Source: Nitratireductor sp. (GTDB lineage Bacteria; Pseudomonadota; Alphaproteobacteria; Rhizobiales; Rhizobiaceae). From it: DNA of 38,401 nucleotides. Below are positions 25,884 to 34,099 of the stretch, piece after piece. The translations under genes were made by a program, and so were the position numbers. Under the pieces are notes generated by a model. It made no database searches, was not told the origin of the DNA, and worked only from the letters and a program-made list of their open reading frames with translations. The DNA lies in contig JAGRLQ010000239.1 of NCBI GenBank assembly GCA_020441735.1, forward strand, positions 1 through 38,401, written 5' to 3'. Each line of letters begins with the position of its first letter. The first letter of the stretch is position 1.

Positions 25884-26831
25884 ATGGCTGAACACAGCAA
25901 GATCGAATGGACGGATGCCACTTGGAACACCATCACCGGCTGCGAACTGGTCGATGAAGGCTGCCGCAACTGCTATGCGGCGCTTCTCGCGGCCACACGC
26001 CTCAAGAACCATCCATCACGCAAGGGGCTGGCACGGGTGAATGCCGCAGGCGTTGCCAAGTTCACCGGCGAAGTCCGATTGAACGAACAATGGCTTCTCG
26101 ATCCGATCCGCTGGCAGCGCCCGCGCAACATCTTTGTCATCGCTCATGGCGACATCGCCCACAGAAACGTGCCTGACGATTGGATCGACAAGGTGTTCGC
26201 CGTCATGGCGCTGTCGAACAGGCATAACTACCAGGTCTTGACCAAGCGCCCCGGCAGGCTCGCGGATTACCTCTATGGCAAGGGTCTCGTCGGGGGCGTT
26301 GTCGGTCGTGAGCAACGGATCAAGGATCGTGCGCAGTCACTTGTGGGCCTTGATTGGACTGGCGACTTTCCATTGCCAAACGCCATCATCGGAACCTCGG
26401 TCAGTGAGCAGGAAAGCGCTGACGCTCGGCGCGAGGATTTGCGAAAAATCCATCATGCAGGATTCAAGACGTTCGTATCCTACGAGCCAGCACTTGGACC
26501 GGTCGACTGGAAAGGCTGGGAGTTTGTCGACTGGATCATCTCGGGCGGGGAAAGCGGGCCGCATGCCAGACCATCATATCCCGACTGGCACCGCGCCACG
26601 CGGGACTTCTGCTTGATAAATGAGATCGCCTATTTGTTCAAACAGTGGGGAGGGTGGCATCCATGGATGGAACCGCTGGCCGATGGCTGCATCAATCTGA
26701 TCTCGTTCGGTAAGAAGCCATCCCACTACTATCAGGATGGCGATCTCATTATGAGCCGGGTCGGCAAGAAAAAGGCCGGTCGGTTTCTCGATGGCAAGCT
26801 GCATGACGGGTTTCCGATGAGGGCAGCATGA
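25884..26831 (+). CDS. Phage Gp37/Gp68 (DUF5131) radical-SAM-like protein
   Basis: IEWTDATWN..TGC....GC.NCYA, LTKRP, GGESG and FKQWGG motifs. Confidence 0.92.
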   Translation: MAEHSKIEWTDATWNTITGCELVDEGCRNCYAALLAATRLKNHPSRKGLARVNAAGVAKFTGEVRLNEQWLLDPIRWQRPRNIFVIAHGDIAHRNVPDDWIDKVFAVMALSNRHNYQVLTKRPGRLADYLYGKGLVGGVVGREQRIKDRAQSLVGLDWTGDFPLPNAIIGTSVSEQESADARREDLRKIHHAGFKTFVSYEPALGPVDWKGWEFVDWIISGGESGPHARPSYPDWHRATRDFCLINEIAYLFKQWGGWHPWMEPLADGCINLISFGKKPSHYYQDGDLIMSRVGKKKAGRFLDGKLHDGFPMRAA

Positions 26832-27007
26832 AAAAGGAACCCCGCTACAAAACCGAAGCGAACCGCATCCACCGGCTTGGATGGATGTGCCTCGCGATTG
26901 GCATCATTCACATGCTCACGACCGGACGAAGCAGCGATGTTCCGGTGATCGCGGCAATCGGCTGCTACCTGGCCTCATTCATTGTTGCCAACTGCGGGAG
27001 GGAATGA
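26828..27007 (+). CDS. Small 2-TM protein, 59 aa (not in the ORF track)
   Basis: ATGA overlaps at both ends; MKKEPRY...NCGRE. Confidence 0.6.
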   Translation: MKKEPRYKTEANRIHRLGWMCLAIGIIHMLTTGRSSDVPVIAAIGCYLASFIVANCGRE

Positions 27008-27222
27008 TTGTGACCGACGACAAGATCATCGACCTGGTTGCTCGCCTTCCGAAGCCGCCGAAAAATGTCGACATCGCGCCGATCCTGGAAGCTGCCGACG
27101 ATCTCGAAACGGCAGCCTTTGTCTGCTTTGGAGCCGACGACACAGCCACCGGGGAAATCCTCGCCTACGTCAACGCGGTTCGCCGGGTGGTGATGCCGAT
27201 TCAGGGGGAACATGATGCCTAG
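27004..27222 (+). CDS. Hypothetical protein
   Basis: GGGAGG RBS; start 27004 or GTG 27010. Confidence 0.65.
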   Translation: MIVTDDKIIDLVARLPKPPKNVDIAPILEAADDLETAAFVCFGADDTATGEILAYVNAVRRVVMPIQGEHDA

Positions 27223-27424
27223 AGCCGCCCCGACCAATCCAATCTACACGCCGCCCGACTATGGCGTGAACGAGGGGGAGCTTTGCAAGCGCGACGGCTG
27301 CTGTGGTCGCATCATCATTGAGCAGGAACCTTGCCACTGCGCAGCAATGAGAATGCCTCCTTGCAGTGCTTGTGAGCAAGCCTGGTTCGAATGTTCAGAC
27401 TGCGGATGGAGGTCGGACGAATGA
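27212..27424 (+). CDS. Cys-rich zinc-binding small protein
   Basis: C..DGC.G...C.C....PPCSAC...C..CGW. Confidence 0.7.
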   Translation: MMPRAAPTNPIYTPPDYGVNEGELCKRDGCCGRIIIEQEPCHCAAMRMPPCSACEQAWFECSDCGWRSDE

Positions 27425-28182
27425 GCATCGGCAAGCACCACAGCGCCAGCGCCGGCACGACGACATGGATCACGCCGCCGCACGTGATCGAAGCCCTGGG
27501 CGGCGCGGATGGCTTTGATCTCGATCCCTGCGCCGCAGTCAACCAGCCATGGCCTTGCGCCCGGCAATCACTCACAATCTCCGACAACGGTTTGCTGCAA
27601 CGCTGGTCCGGCCGCGTCTGGCTCAATCCGCCCTACACGAATGCCGAGATCGGCAAGTGGATGGCCCGGCTGGGCGATCATGGCACCGGCACCGCGCTGA
27701 TCTTCGCCAGGACGGAAACCGAGTTCTTCCAGCGCCAGGTGTTCGAGCGGGCCGATGCACTCCTGTATCTCGAAGGACGGCTGCATTTCCACGTGGCCGA
27801 GGCGATGACCGTCACCATTGGCAAGCGGGTTCATGATTTACAGGCCGGGGATCGCTATCCAGCGAACGCTGGGGCGCCTTCGGTGCTCTGCGCATATGGC
27901 ACCCTCGACACGGAAATCCTCGCGTCCTGCGGCCTCCCAGGCTCGTTCATGGCCCTTACACTGGCCGGCATCATCTCCGTGCAGCTGCCGGTCGGTTCCT
28001 GGATCGAGGAAGTGCGGTCCTATCTGGAAGGGATCAACAGGCCGGTGACGCTCTCGGAACTCTACCGGGCCTTCGCCACGCATCGGAAGGCGAGGGACAA
28101 CCCGAACTACCGGGCGAAGATCCGGCAGACCCTCCAGCGGGGCGATTTCAACCGAATTGAAGCAGGGCTTTGGAGCACATGA
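27421..28182 (+). CDS. Phage DNA N6-adenine methyltransferase with C-terminal HTH-like extension
   Basis: W.TPP, FDLDPCA, VWLNPPY and LIFARTET motifs; GGAGG RBS before ATG 27421. Confidence 0.88.
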   Translation: MSIGKHHSASAGTTTWITPPHVIEALGGADGFDLDPCAAVNQPWPCARQSLTISDNGLLQRWSGRVWLNPPYTNAEIGKWMARLGDHGTGTALIFARTETEFFQRQVFERADALLYLEGRLHFHVAEAMTVTIGKRVHDLQAGDRYPANAGAPSVLCAYGTLDTEILASCGLPGSFMALTLAGIISVQLPVGSWIEEVRSYLEGINRPVTLSELYRAFATHRKARDNPNYRAKIRQTLQRGDFNRIEAGLWST

Positions 28183-28712
28183 GTCCTCTACGCAAAATCA
28201 CCAGTGAAGAAATGTTCGCTGCCAACGAGGCCTGGGGCGCCAACTGCGGACCAGCTGCAATTGCGGCAGTGCTCGGCATGACGCTCGACCAGGTTCGCCC
28301 GTTCATGGGCGATTTCGAAAAGAAGCATTACACGAACCCGACCCTCATGTGGGACACGCTGCGCCGGATCGGAGCGCTGTTCTCATATCGCGGTGGCGAG
28401 CTCGGCCGGAACAACTGGCCGATCTATGGCTTTACCCGCATCCAATGGGAAGGCCCATGGACACGACCAGGCGTTCCGAAGGTTGCCAGATACCGGCACA
28501 CTCACTGGATCGGGGTTAATGCGATCGACAGCAACAACATCGGCATCTTCGACTGCAACGCGACCGGCAACGGCACCGGATGGACCCCTCTCACGGATTG
28601 GGAAAACATCCTCGTTCCCTGGATCATCGAGGAACTAGTCCCGCGAGCCAACGGCGAATGGCACATCACCCATGCCGTCGAGATCAAGCTGCCATGGAGG
28701 TTCAAGGGATGA
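28179..28712 (+). CDS. Peptidase C39-like (Cys/His/Asp) protein
   Basis: NCGPAAIAAVL...HW...IFD pattern. Confidence 0.55.
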   Translation: MSPLRKITSEEMFAANEAWGANCGPAAIAAVLGMTLDQVRPFMGDFEKKHYTNPTLMWDTLRRIGALFSYRGGELGRNNWPIYGFTRIQWEGPWTRPGVPKVARYRHTHWIGVNAIDSNNIGIFDCNATGNGTGWTPLTDWENILVPWIIEELVPRANGEWHITHAVEIKLPWRFKG

Positions 28713-29155
28713 TCGACCCTATCGATAGCCTGCCAAGATGGGAGCGACGGCAAGTCCTCGAACTGGAAAGGCAACGCCGTAAGTCGGGGAAGTGGCCGGA
28801 CTGGAGGATCATCAATCTCCGGCAACAACAAACCCGCAGATGGTCACGATCATTTGCCAGGGCTCATGTGAACGATGTCTTTGCAGTCTTGGATCGAACT
28901 CTGGAATCCGGTGTCCGCCATCTCATGATTACCAGCGCGTCATGTACACGCCCGACCTTCTACGAAATGCAGAGGATCAAAAACGAGATCGCTGGGGAAG
29001 ATGCTGTTGCTGTCGAAGTGTACCCGAAGCAGAGCGACATATTCGACGGGGCTGACGCCTATCATCTGTGGGTCTTGCCGGATGGCCTCGGCTTCTCAAT
29101 TGGCGACCCGGTTCGGCTGGAAAAACACGGGGCTGCCAGCGTGGCAACCAGGTAG
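28709..29155 (+). CDS. Conserved phage protein, paralogue 2 of 23754-24254
   Basis: RHL...MQRIKNEIAGEDAVAVEVYP...YHLWVL; GGAGG RBS. Confidence 0.8.
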   Translation: MIDPIDSLPRWERRQVLELERQRRKSGKWPDWRIINLRQQQTRRWSRSFARAHVNDVFAVLDRTLESGVRHLMITSASCTRPTFYEMQRIKNEIAGEDAVAVEVYPKQSDIFDGADAYHLWVLPDGLGFSIGDPVRLEKHGAASVATR

Positions 29156-29258
29156 CAACCCCGGTCCCTGCTGACAGCCCCTCTCTCGCAGTGTATTCGG
29201 ATTCCGCTCCAGCTGTGGACTTAACCCAGGTTCACAGAAAAGGCGCCAGAGCGGAATT

Positions 29259-29334
29259 TGGTTGCGGGGGCCGGACTCGAACCGGCGACCTCCAGGTTAT
29301 GAGCCTGGCGCGCTACCGTCTGCGCTACCCCACT
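29259..29334 (-). tRNA. tRNA-Met(CAU), initiator-like, with encoded CCA
   Basis: AGTGGGG-TA-GCGC-AGACGGTA-GCGC-G-CCAGG-CTCATAA-CCTGG-AGGTC-GCCGG-TTCGAGT-CCGGC-CCCCGCA-ACCA; 76-nt cloverleaf. Confidence 0.93.
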
Positions 29335-29497
29335 GAAACGAGAATGCGCCATTACAGCCCGGCGATCATTGCAGCCTCCATCGAGGGATCGAACACGATC
29401 AAAAAAGCTGGAGCGGGTTGGAGGCCTCTCTCCCCCTACCGACCGGTGGAACCGGCCAGCTGCATAGGCACCCGCGATGCAGACAGGCATAGTGTAA

Positions 29498-29513
29498 AGT
29501 TTCACGTGAAACA
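29498..29513. promoter_or_regulatory. parS: parS centromere-like site
   Basis: AGTTTCACGTGAAACA matches the universal TGTTTCACGTGAAACA at 15/16; intergenic. Confidence 0.8.
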
Positions 29514-29533
29514 AGCGGCAAATATTGCCAATC

Positions 29534-29610
29534 TGTCACTTTTTACTTTACAGTACAGGTAAAACGCGCCAAGTTGTAAGTGTAAATTATCCACCTACCA
29601 CGGAGCGAAA
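29534..29610 (+). promoter_or_regulatory. 77-bp promoter/operator/leader module, copy 2
   Basis: Repeat of 22680-22756. Confidence 0.85.
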
Positions 29611-29862
29611 ATGACCCTCTACGACCTTTCCCATCAGCTGCATGTGCAGTCCGGTTTCTCGGGCAAGCAGCTTGAAGCGATCACCTTCGCCACCGCGCTC
29701 GGCATGGCGCACTACGCCGGGTCCGAGCATCAGACCTACTTCAAAAAACGGTTCCAGGAAACGCTGGACGATCTCGACAGCGAGGAAGTCGGCCAGGTGG
29801 TCGAGTTCATCGCCCACGAGGCCGGCATAAAGCCCGAGCCTGTCGACATCAACCGCATCTGA
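29611..29862 (+). CDS. Hypothetical protein
   Basis: GGAG RBS directly after the promoter module. Confidence 0.8.
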   Translation: MTLYDLSHQLHVQSGFSGKQLEAITFATALGMAHYAGSEHQTYFKKRFQETLDDLDSEEVGQVVEFIAHEAGIKPEPVDINRI

Positions 29863-29888
29863 CCACCTACCAATTGGAGAAACCTACC

Positions 29889-30221
29889 ATGCTGGCAACC
29901 AACATCAAGAATCTGCCCGAAGGCGAATACATGACCGAGCACGGATACTCGCAGAGCTACCCGTGGAAAGTCATCGCGCGGACGCCCGCCACAGCCACGC
30001 TCGCACGTGTCCACGTTGAGAGAGATCCCGAGTGGCAGCCGGAGTTCCATCCGGGCGGTTTCGCTGCCCATTGCTCAAATCAGTCTGACCAGACCTGGCT
30101 GTTTGGCAGATTGGACGAAGCCGACACAATAACCGTTCGCAAGACGAAGTACGGCTGGCGGCGCAAGGGGGTCGGTTTCACCGAGCAGATGGCCCGCCAC
30201 TTCTACGACTACAATTTCTGA
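29889..30221 (+). CDS. Conserved phage hypothetical protein
   Basis: GGAG RBS; F.PGGFAAHC.NQ..Q.W and FYDYNF terminus. Confidence 0.8.
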   Translation: MLATNIKNLPEGEYMTEHGYSQSYPWKVIARTPATATLARVHVERDPEWQPEFHPGGFAAHCSNQSDQTWLFGRLDEADTITVRKTKYGWRRKGVGFTEQMARHFYDYNF

Positions 30222-30238
30222 ACAGGAGACCACCTACC

Positions 30239-30571
30239 ATGAAGCAGAAGATCCTCGAAATCCGCGACCGCGCCACGTTCATCTCGGTTCTGGCAACCGA
30301 ATTATGGACAGGCAAGACCACCATCACCGAACGCTACTATCTCGAACGGGCTGGCTATGGAGACGGCGGCAGCCGGTATATCATCATGACCCGCCTCGAA
30401 GGACTGGAGACACAATGCGATCCCTACAAGTGGCCCAGCTTTCGAACGATGAAGGCCGCACACGTCTACATCCTCCAGCATTGGGATGAACTCGAATCCG
30501 GTGATGTCGTCGATGTTGAGTTTATCAACAGCGAAAGCAAGGAACCGAAGAAGTCGGAGCGGTTCCTATGA
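30239..30571 (+). CDS. Conserved phage hypothetical protein
   Basis: AGGAG RBS; LEIRDRATFI...DPY.W..RTM..AH..I..HWDEL.SGDVVDVEFI. Confidence 0.8.
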   Translation: MKQKILEIRDRATFISVLATELWTGKTTITERYYLERAGYGDGGSRYIIMTRLEGLETQCDPYKWPSFRTMKAAHVYILQHWDELESGDVVDVEFINSESKEPKKSERFL

Positions 30572-30771
30572 GCAAGTTCACCATCTCCGTCGAGACCGAC
30601 AACGCAGCCTTTTCCGATGACTGGCGCAATGCCATCGGCAACATCCTGCATCATTCCTACAAGCACCTGTTCAACCATGGCGAGGCCGGGCGGGAACGGG
30701 GTGTGCGGTCACACAATCTACGCGACCTGAACGGCAACACGGTCGGCACCATCGAAATCCGGGAGGATTGA
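30568..30771 (+). CDS. Conserved phage hypothetical protein
   Basis: TDNAAF...LRD.NGNTVG; ATGA overlap. Confidence 0.75.
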   Translation: MSKFTISVETDNAAFSDDWRNAIGNILHHSYKHLFNHGEAGRERGVRSHNLRDLNGNTVGTIEIRED

Positions 30772-30772
30772 G

Positions 30773-31441
30773 ATGGCCGAAGCTGTAATTGCCAAAGCCC
30801 GCGATGAGGCAAAGGTCAACGTTGCCATACGCCGTCGCCTACGGGAGCGCGGCTGGGACAAATGGGCGATATCCGCCATCAAGGATCAGGCCAGCCTCAA
30901 AACCTTCGACAAGCTGCCGTTCATCATCAACGGCGGCTGCTATTGTAAACACGAGATGGGGCGCGGCGGCTACAGCTTCGCCCGTCTCACGAAGTGGGAT
31001 TTCAAAACTGACACCGGCTTGTTCTCGTTCTTCTGCGGTATGTCTATTGAAAGCAGATCGCGCGATGAATGTCTGACCTTCGAACAGTACCGGGATGGCC
31101 CGATGCGCGAGGGAGACCTGCTTACGATGACGCCCCAGCAGTTCGATTTTTGGTTCCGCAAAAACACCGAGAAGATTGCCGAACAGGTTCGTGAACGCTG
31201 GCCGGAAGGCGTCGATGACAACAATCTTGGGGAATACCTCGGAACCATGATCGGTGTCGGCGGCTCTAACGGACCAGATTCACCATCCATCGAACGCCGC
31301 AATCTTCAATGGTCTTGTCGATGGTCATCTTTGGGAGATGTGGATCGAACGCTGACAGTGAAAGGCCCCCAGCTGATTGCCAAGTTCCGTGAGACGCACG
31401 GTATTCTCGATTCATCAAACCCGCAGCTTACCCTGTTCTAA
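30773..31441 (+). CDS. Hypothetical protein ending in QLTLF
   Basis: GGAGG RBS; 222 aa. Confidence 0.75.
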   Translation: MAEAVIAKARDEAKVNVAIRRRLRERGWDKWAISAIKDQASLKTFDKLPFIINGGCYCKHEMGRGGYSFARLTKWDFKTDTGLFSFFCGMSIESRSRDECLTFEQYRDGPMREGDLLTMTPQQFDFWFRKNTEKIAEQVRERWPEGVDDNNLGEYLGTMIGVGGSNGPDSPSIERRNLQWSCRWSSLGDVDRTLTVKGPQLIAKFRETHGILDSSNPQLTLF

Positions 31442-31465
31442 CCACCTACCAAGTGAGCACCTACC

Positions 31466-32335
31466 ATGACACAGCACATTCCGATCTCCCAGATCACCCC
31501 GAACCCGAACCAGCCCCGGAAGCACTTCGACAAGGCAAAACTACGCCAGCTGGCCGACACCATCGCCGCCCGTGGGTTGATCCAGCCGATCACCGTCCGT
31601 CCGCTCGGTGGTAGGCCGATGCGCTATATGATTGTTGCCGGTGAACGCAGATGGCGAGCACACAAGCTGCTGGAGAAAGAGGGCAAGGCCGAAACCATCC
31701 GGGCCAATGTCGAGAAGATGGGGAAGGACGAGATGGCGCTGCAAGCCATCATCGAGAACAAGGATCGCGAGGACATCAACCCAATTGAGCAGGCGCTTGC
31801 CTATCAGGACATGATTGACCGCGGCTGGACTGTCGAGAAGCTGGCAGCCGAGCTCGGCATGAAGCAACCCCGCCGAATCTCCGACCGGCTTCTCCTGCTT
31901 GGCTGCTGCGATACCATCCGGCAACTGGTCGCCTCGGGCCAGTTCTCCACCGATGTTGCCTATCACGTGGCCGGTTTGCCGGAGCATGAACAGATGCTCG
32001 TGCTCAAGGCCTTCAACGCCGGCAAGACCGACATCGGCTATCTCAAGGCCATGGTCCAGGCGTTGATCGACAAGCGCAACCAGTCCGGCATGTTCGGGGA
32101 TGATGACCAGCCATCACCGGAAGGCGGCAGGCAACTCAAGTCGATGGAGAACCGCATCGAGCAGATCGTCAAAGACCTGTCGCGCGGCTGGAAGGATGGC
32201 GAATGCGTCATCGCCAAGTCCGTCGATCCCAACAGGGCAGGGCGGATAGCCGAGCAGTTGCAGCTGATCGCCAAGACGGCAAACCAGATGGCCCGCGCCA
32301 TGACGCAGGCCCAGGCAGCAAGGGAGTTGTTCTGA
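31466..32335 (+). CDS. parB: ParB/Spo0J-family partition protein
   Basis: PNPNQPRKHF, GLIQPITVR, IVAGERRWRA, ENKDREDINPIEQA and an HTH. Confidence 0.92.
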   Translation: MTQHIPISQITPNPNQPRKHFDKAKLRQLADTIAARGLIQPITVRPLGGRPMRYMIVAGERRWRAHKLLEKEGKAETIRANVEKMGKDEMALQAIIENKDREDINPIEQALAYQDMIDRGWTVEKLAAELGMKQPRRISDRLLLLGCCDTIRQLVASGQFSTDVAYHVAGLPEHEQMLVLKAFNAGKTDIGYLKAMVQALIDKRNQSGMFGDDDQPSPEGGRQLKSMENRIEQIVKDLSRGWKDGECVIAKSVDPNRAGRIAEQLQLIAKTANQMARAMTQAQAARELF

Positions 32336-32430
32336 TGAAGTTAAATGCGGGTAATTTGCTTCATCGACTTAGAGAAGTGTCCACGAATACCGTGTGACCA
32401 TCTGCAATACCAAAACAGCAGGAGGTCAGG

Positions 32431-32637
32431 ATGACGCAGATCACCCCTATTTGTTTTACAGTCAACGAGTTCCTTTCCTGGTCCCGCATTTCGCGGGCGA
32501 CTTTCTACCGCGAGGTTGCTGCCGGCAACATAGTTGTTCGAAAACTCGGAAAGCGGTCCCTCATTGATCGTGAGGAAGCGGAACGCTGGTTTAACGCGTT
32601 GCCTGAAAGGTCACCAGTCACCCCAGCCGCGACCTGA
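32431..32637 (+). CDS. Excisionase/AlpA-like HTH protein
   Basis: FTVNEF...ISRATFYREV..G.I..RKLGKRSLI; AGGAGG RBS. Confidence 0.8.
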   Translation: MTQITPICFTVNEFLSWSRISRATFYREVAAGNIVVRKLGKRSLIDREEAERWFNALPERSPVTPAAT

Positions 32638-32803
32638 CGAAGCAGTCCTTCGCTTCCAGCAGCTTGCGCAGGCCGGCACTCTTTTCCGGGCCATCCGGCA
32701 ATTCCGCATCCAGCTTGTGGGCCAGTTCCGAAAGGGGCTGGCTCACTGCCTTGAGAGGATCCGGCAAATGCTCGAAGGCGAAGTATTTCAGAATCGGGCT
32801 CAT
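32618..32803 (-). CDS. Small conserved helical-hairpin phage protein
   Basis: F.FEHLP..L..VS.P...LA...LPDGPEKSAGLRKLLEAKDCFVR; GGAG RBS. Confidence 0.8.
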   Translation of the reverse strand: MSPILKYFAFEHLPDPLKAVSQPLSELAHKLDAELPDGPEKSAGLRKLLEAKDCFVRSRLG

Positions 32804-32997
32804 GATGGTTCTCCGGTTGCAGTTTCGACTTGCGGACGAAGCCGAAGCCTCTTTTCGGTGTTGGGTGTGATGTAGATGGCCCTGCCATTGGTGACGAAAT
32901 TGTTGTCCTCGACAGCCACCGGCTTGCCTTCCTCATCCTCGCCAATGATGGTTCCCGGTTCCCTGACAAAGATGTTGGACGCGCCAAACCAGGTCAC
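32800..32997 (-). CDS. Hypothetical protein, 65 aa
   Basis: GGAGG RBS, GTG start, GTGA and ATGA overlaps. Confidence 0.6.
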   Translation of the reverse strand: MTWFGASNIFVREPGTIIGEDEEGKPVAVEDNNFVTNGRAIYITPNTEKRLRLRPQVETATGEPS

Positions 32998-33413
32998 AAT
33001 CCAGCCTCCCGGTCGTCGATATTTTTGAGGACGATCCGGTAGGCCTTTGGCGTGATAGCCGTTGCGCCGATCTTCTTGATTGCCTGATCGACCAGCGCGG
33101 GGATGTCGTTTTTCTTCGTGTCGTGCCATTCGCCATAGGGAAGCTCCGAGCCGCCGAGCTCGGTCAGCACTTCCTGGAGAACGCGCTTGGCAATCTTGTC
33201 GCCGTTGATCCAGTGGAAGAACAAAAGTGCCACCGGTGCCGGGTTTGCGAATTGCGCCCGCTGATACAGGTCATCGATGTTGGCAGCCCATCCCAGGTGG
33301 GCCAGGCCGGATTGTTTATCCAGGATACCGTAGACGGCCGCGCCGCCTGCCTGCCTGTGAGCCTTTCGGAACTTCGCCGGAAACCGGCAATTCTCAAGAA
33401 ATTCTGGGTTCAT
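32994..33413 (-). CDS. GIY-YIG/T5orf172-like protein (divergent)
   Basis: VYGI...HLGWA...Q..NP.PV.L pattern; ATG 33413. Confidence 0.5.
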   Translation of the reverse strand: MNPEFLENCRFPAKFRKAHRQAGGAAVYGILDKQSGLAHLGWAANIDDLYQRAQFANPAPVALLFFHWINGDKIAKRVLQEVLTELGGSELPYGEWHDTKKNDIPALVDQAIKKIGATAITPKAYRIVLKNIDDREAGL

Positions 33414-34099
33414 GTTTTCCTCGTTTTCAACACAAAGCTGCGATGGTTGCGGTAGATGCCGTGCTTCCGCTCTAGCCCGACATAGACTTGTCCGTAAGCC
33501 TTCTGGATCAGTTGCAGGAGATATTGCCGCGAGAAGGTTGGCCGGCGCTTGTTCCAGAAGCGCGAGCACTGATCGACGGTGGCGCCGTTTGCCCGCAGCA
33601 ACACGAGTTTACGCAGCCGGTGCCAGTCCTTCGACTGGATGAAGTTCAACAGATCAAAGGCCATCATCATCCGGTCGAGCGCCATCCGGTCATAGTGTTT
33701 CAGCTGGGTGTTGCCGTAATGCGATGGCATGCCGGAAAGCAGCCGATCCAGCTGAATGTCGTAGAGTTCCTTGTCGCTACGGGTGACCTCGGGCATGGTG
33801 GACCGCATGCTGTTGAGCATTGTCCGTTCACGATCGGGAATCTTGCGGTGGGTGCGCATGGCATCCTTGAACGCAAAATTCAGGACATCGTAGGGCGTGG
33901 GCTCTCGCTTGAACACGCTCTCCCGCGCCAGGTAATCGCAGGTCTTGAGATACTGAAATACCTCATCAGCCGCTTTGTCGACGACAAGCCCCTCATTTGG
34001 CCCCACAGCGGCGTTTTCGTTTCCAGAACCCTCTGCACCATCCGCAATCAGTTTCGCTCCATAGGCTGCTTTCTGGGCCATTGTGTCGCTGTTTTTCAT
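33410..34099 (-). CDS. Hypothetical protein at the late-regulator (Q-like) position
   Basis: 229 aa with a basic, helical C-terminus; function inferred from synteny only. Confidence 0.55.
   Translation of the reverse strand: MKNSDTMAQKAAYGAKLIADGAEGSGNENAAVGPNEGLVVDKAADEVFQYLKTCDYLARESVFKREPTPYDVLNFAFKDAMRTHRKIPDRERTMLNSMRSTMPEVTRSDKELYDIQLDRLLSGMPSHYGNTQLKHYDRMALDRMMMAFDLLNFIQSKDWHRLRKLVLLRANGATVDQCSRFWNKRRPTFSRQYLLQLIQKAYGQVYVGLERKHGIYRNHRSFVLKTRKT

Noticed and set aside
29405-29460. CCCGCTCCA resembling a tRNA-Gly 3' end on the minus strand
   Set aside because: No cloverleaf can be built; kept only as part of the structured flank
29221-29514. ORF beginning MFHVK
   Set aside because: It is the translation of the parS palindrome and runs through the tRNA gene
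32431-32637. Excisionase-like gene as the end of a separate integrative element
   Set aside because: No adjacent integrase or att repeat found, and the block shares regulatory motifs with the phage immunity region
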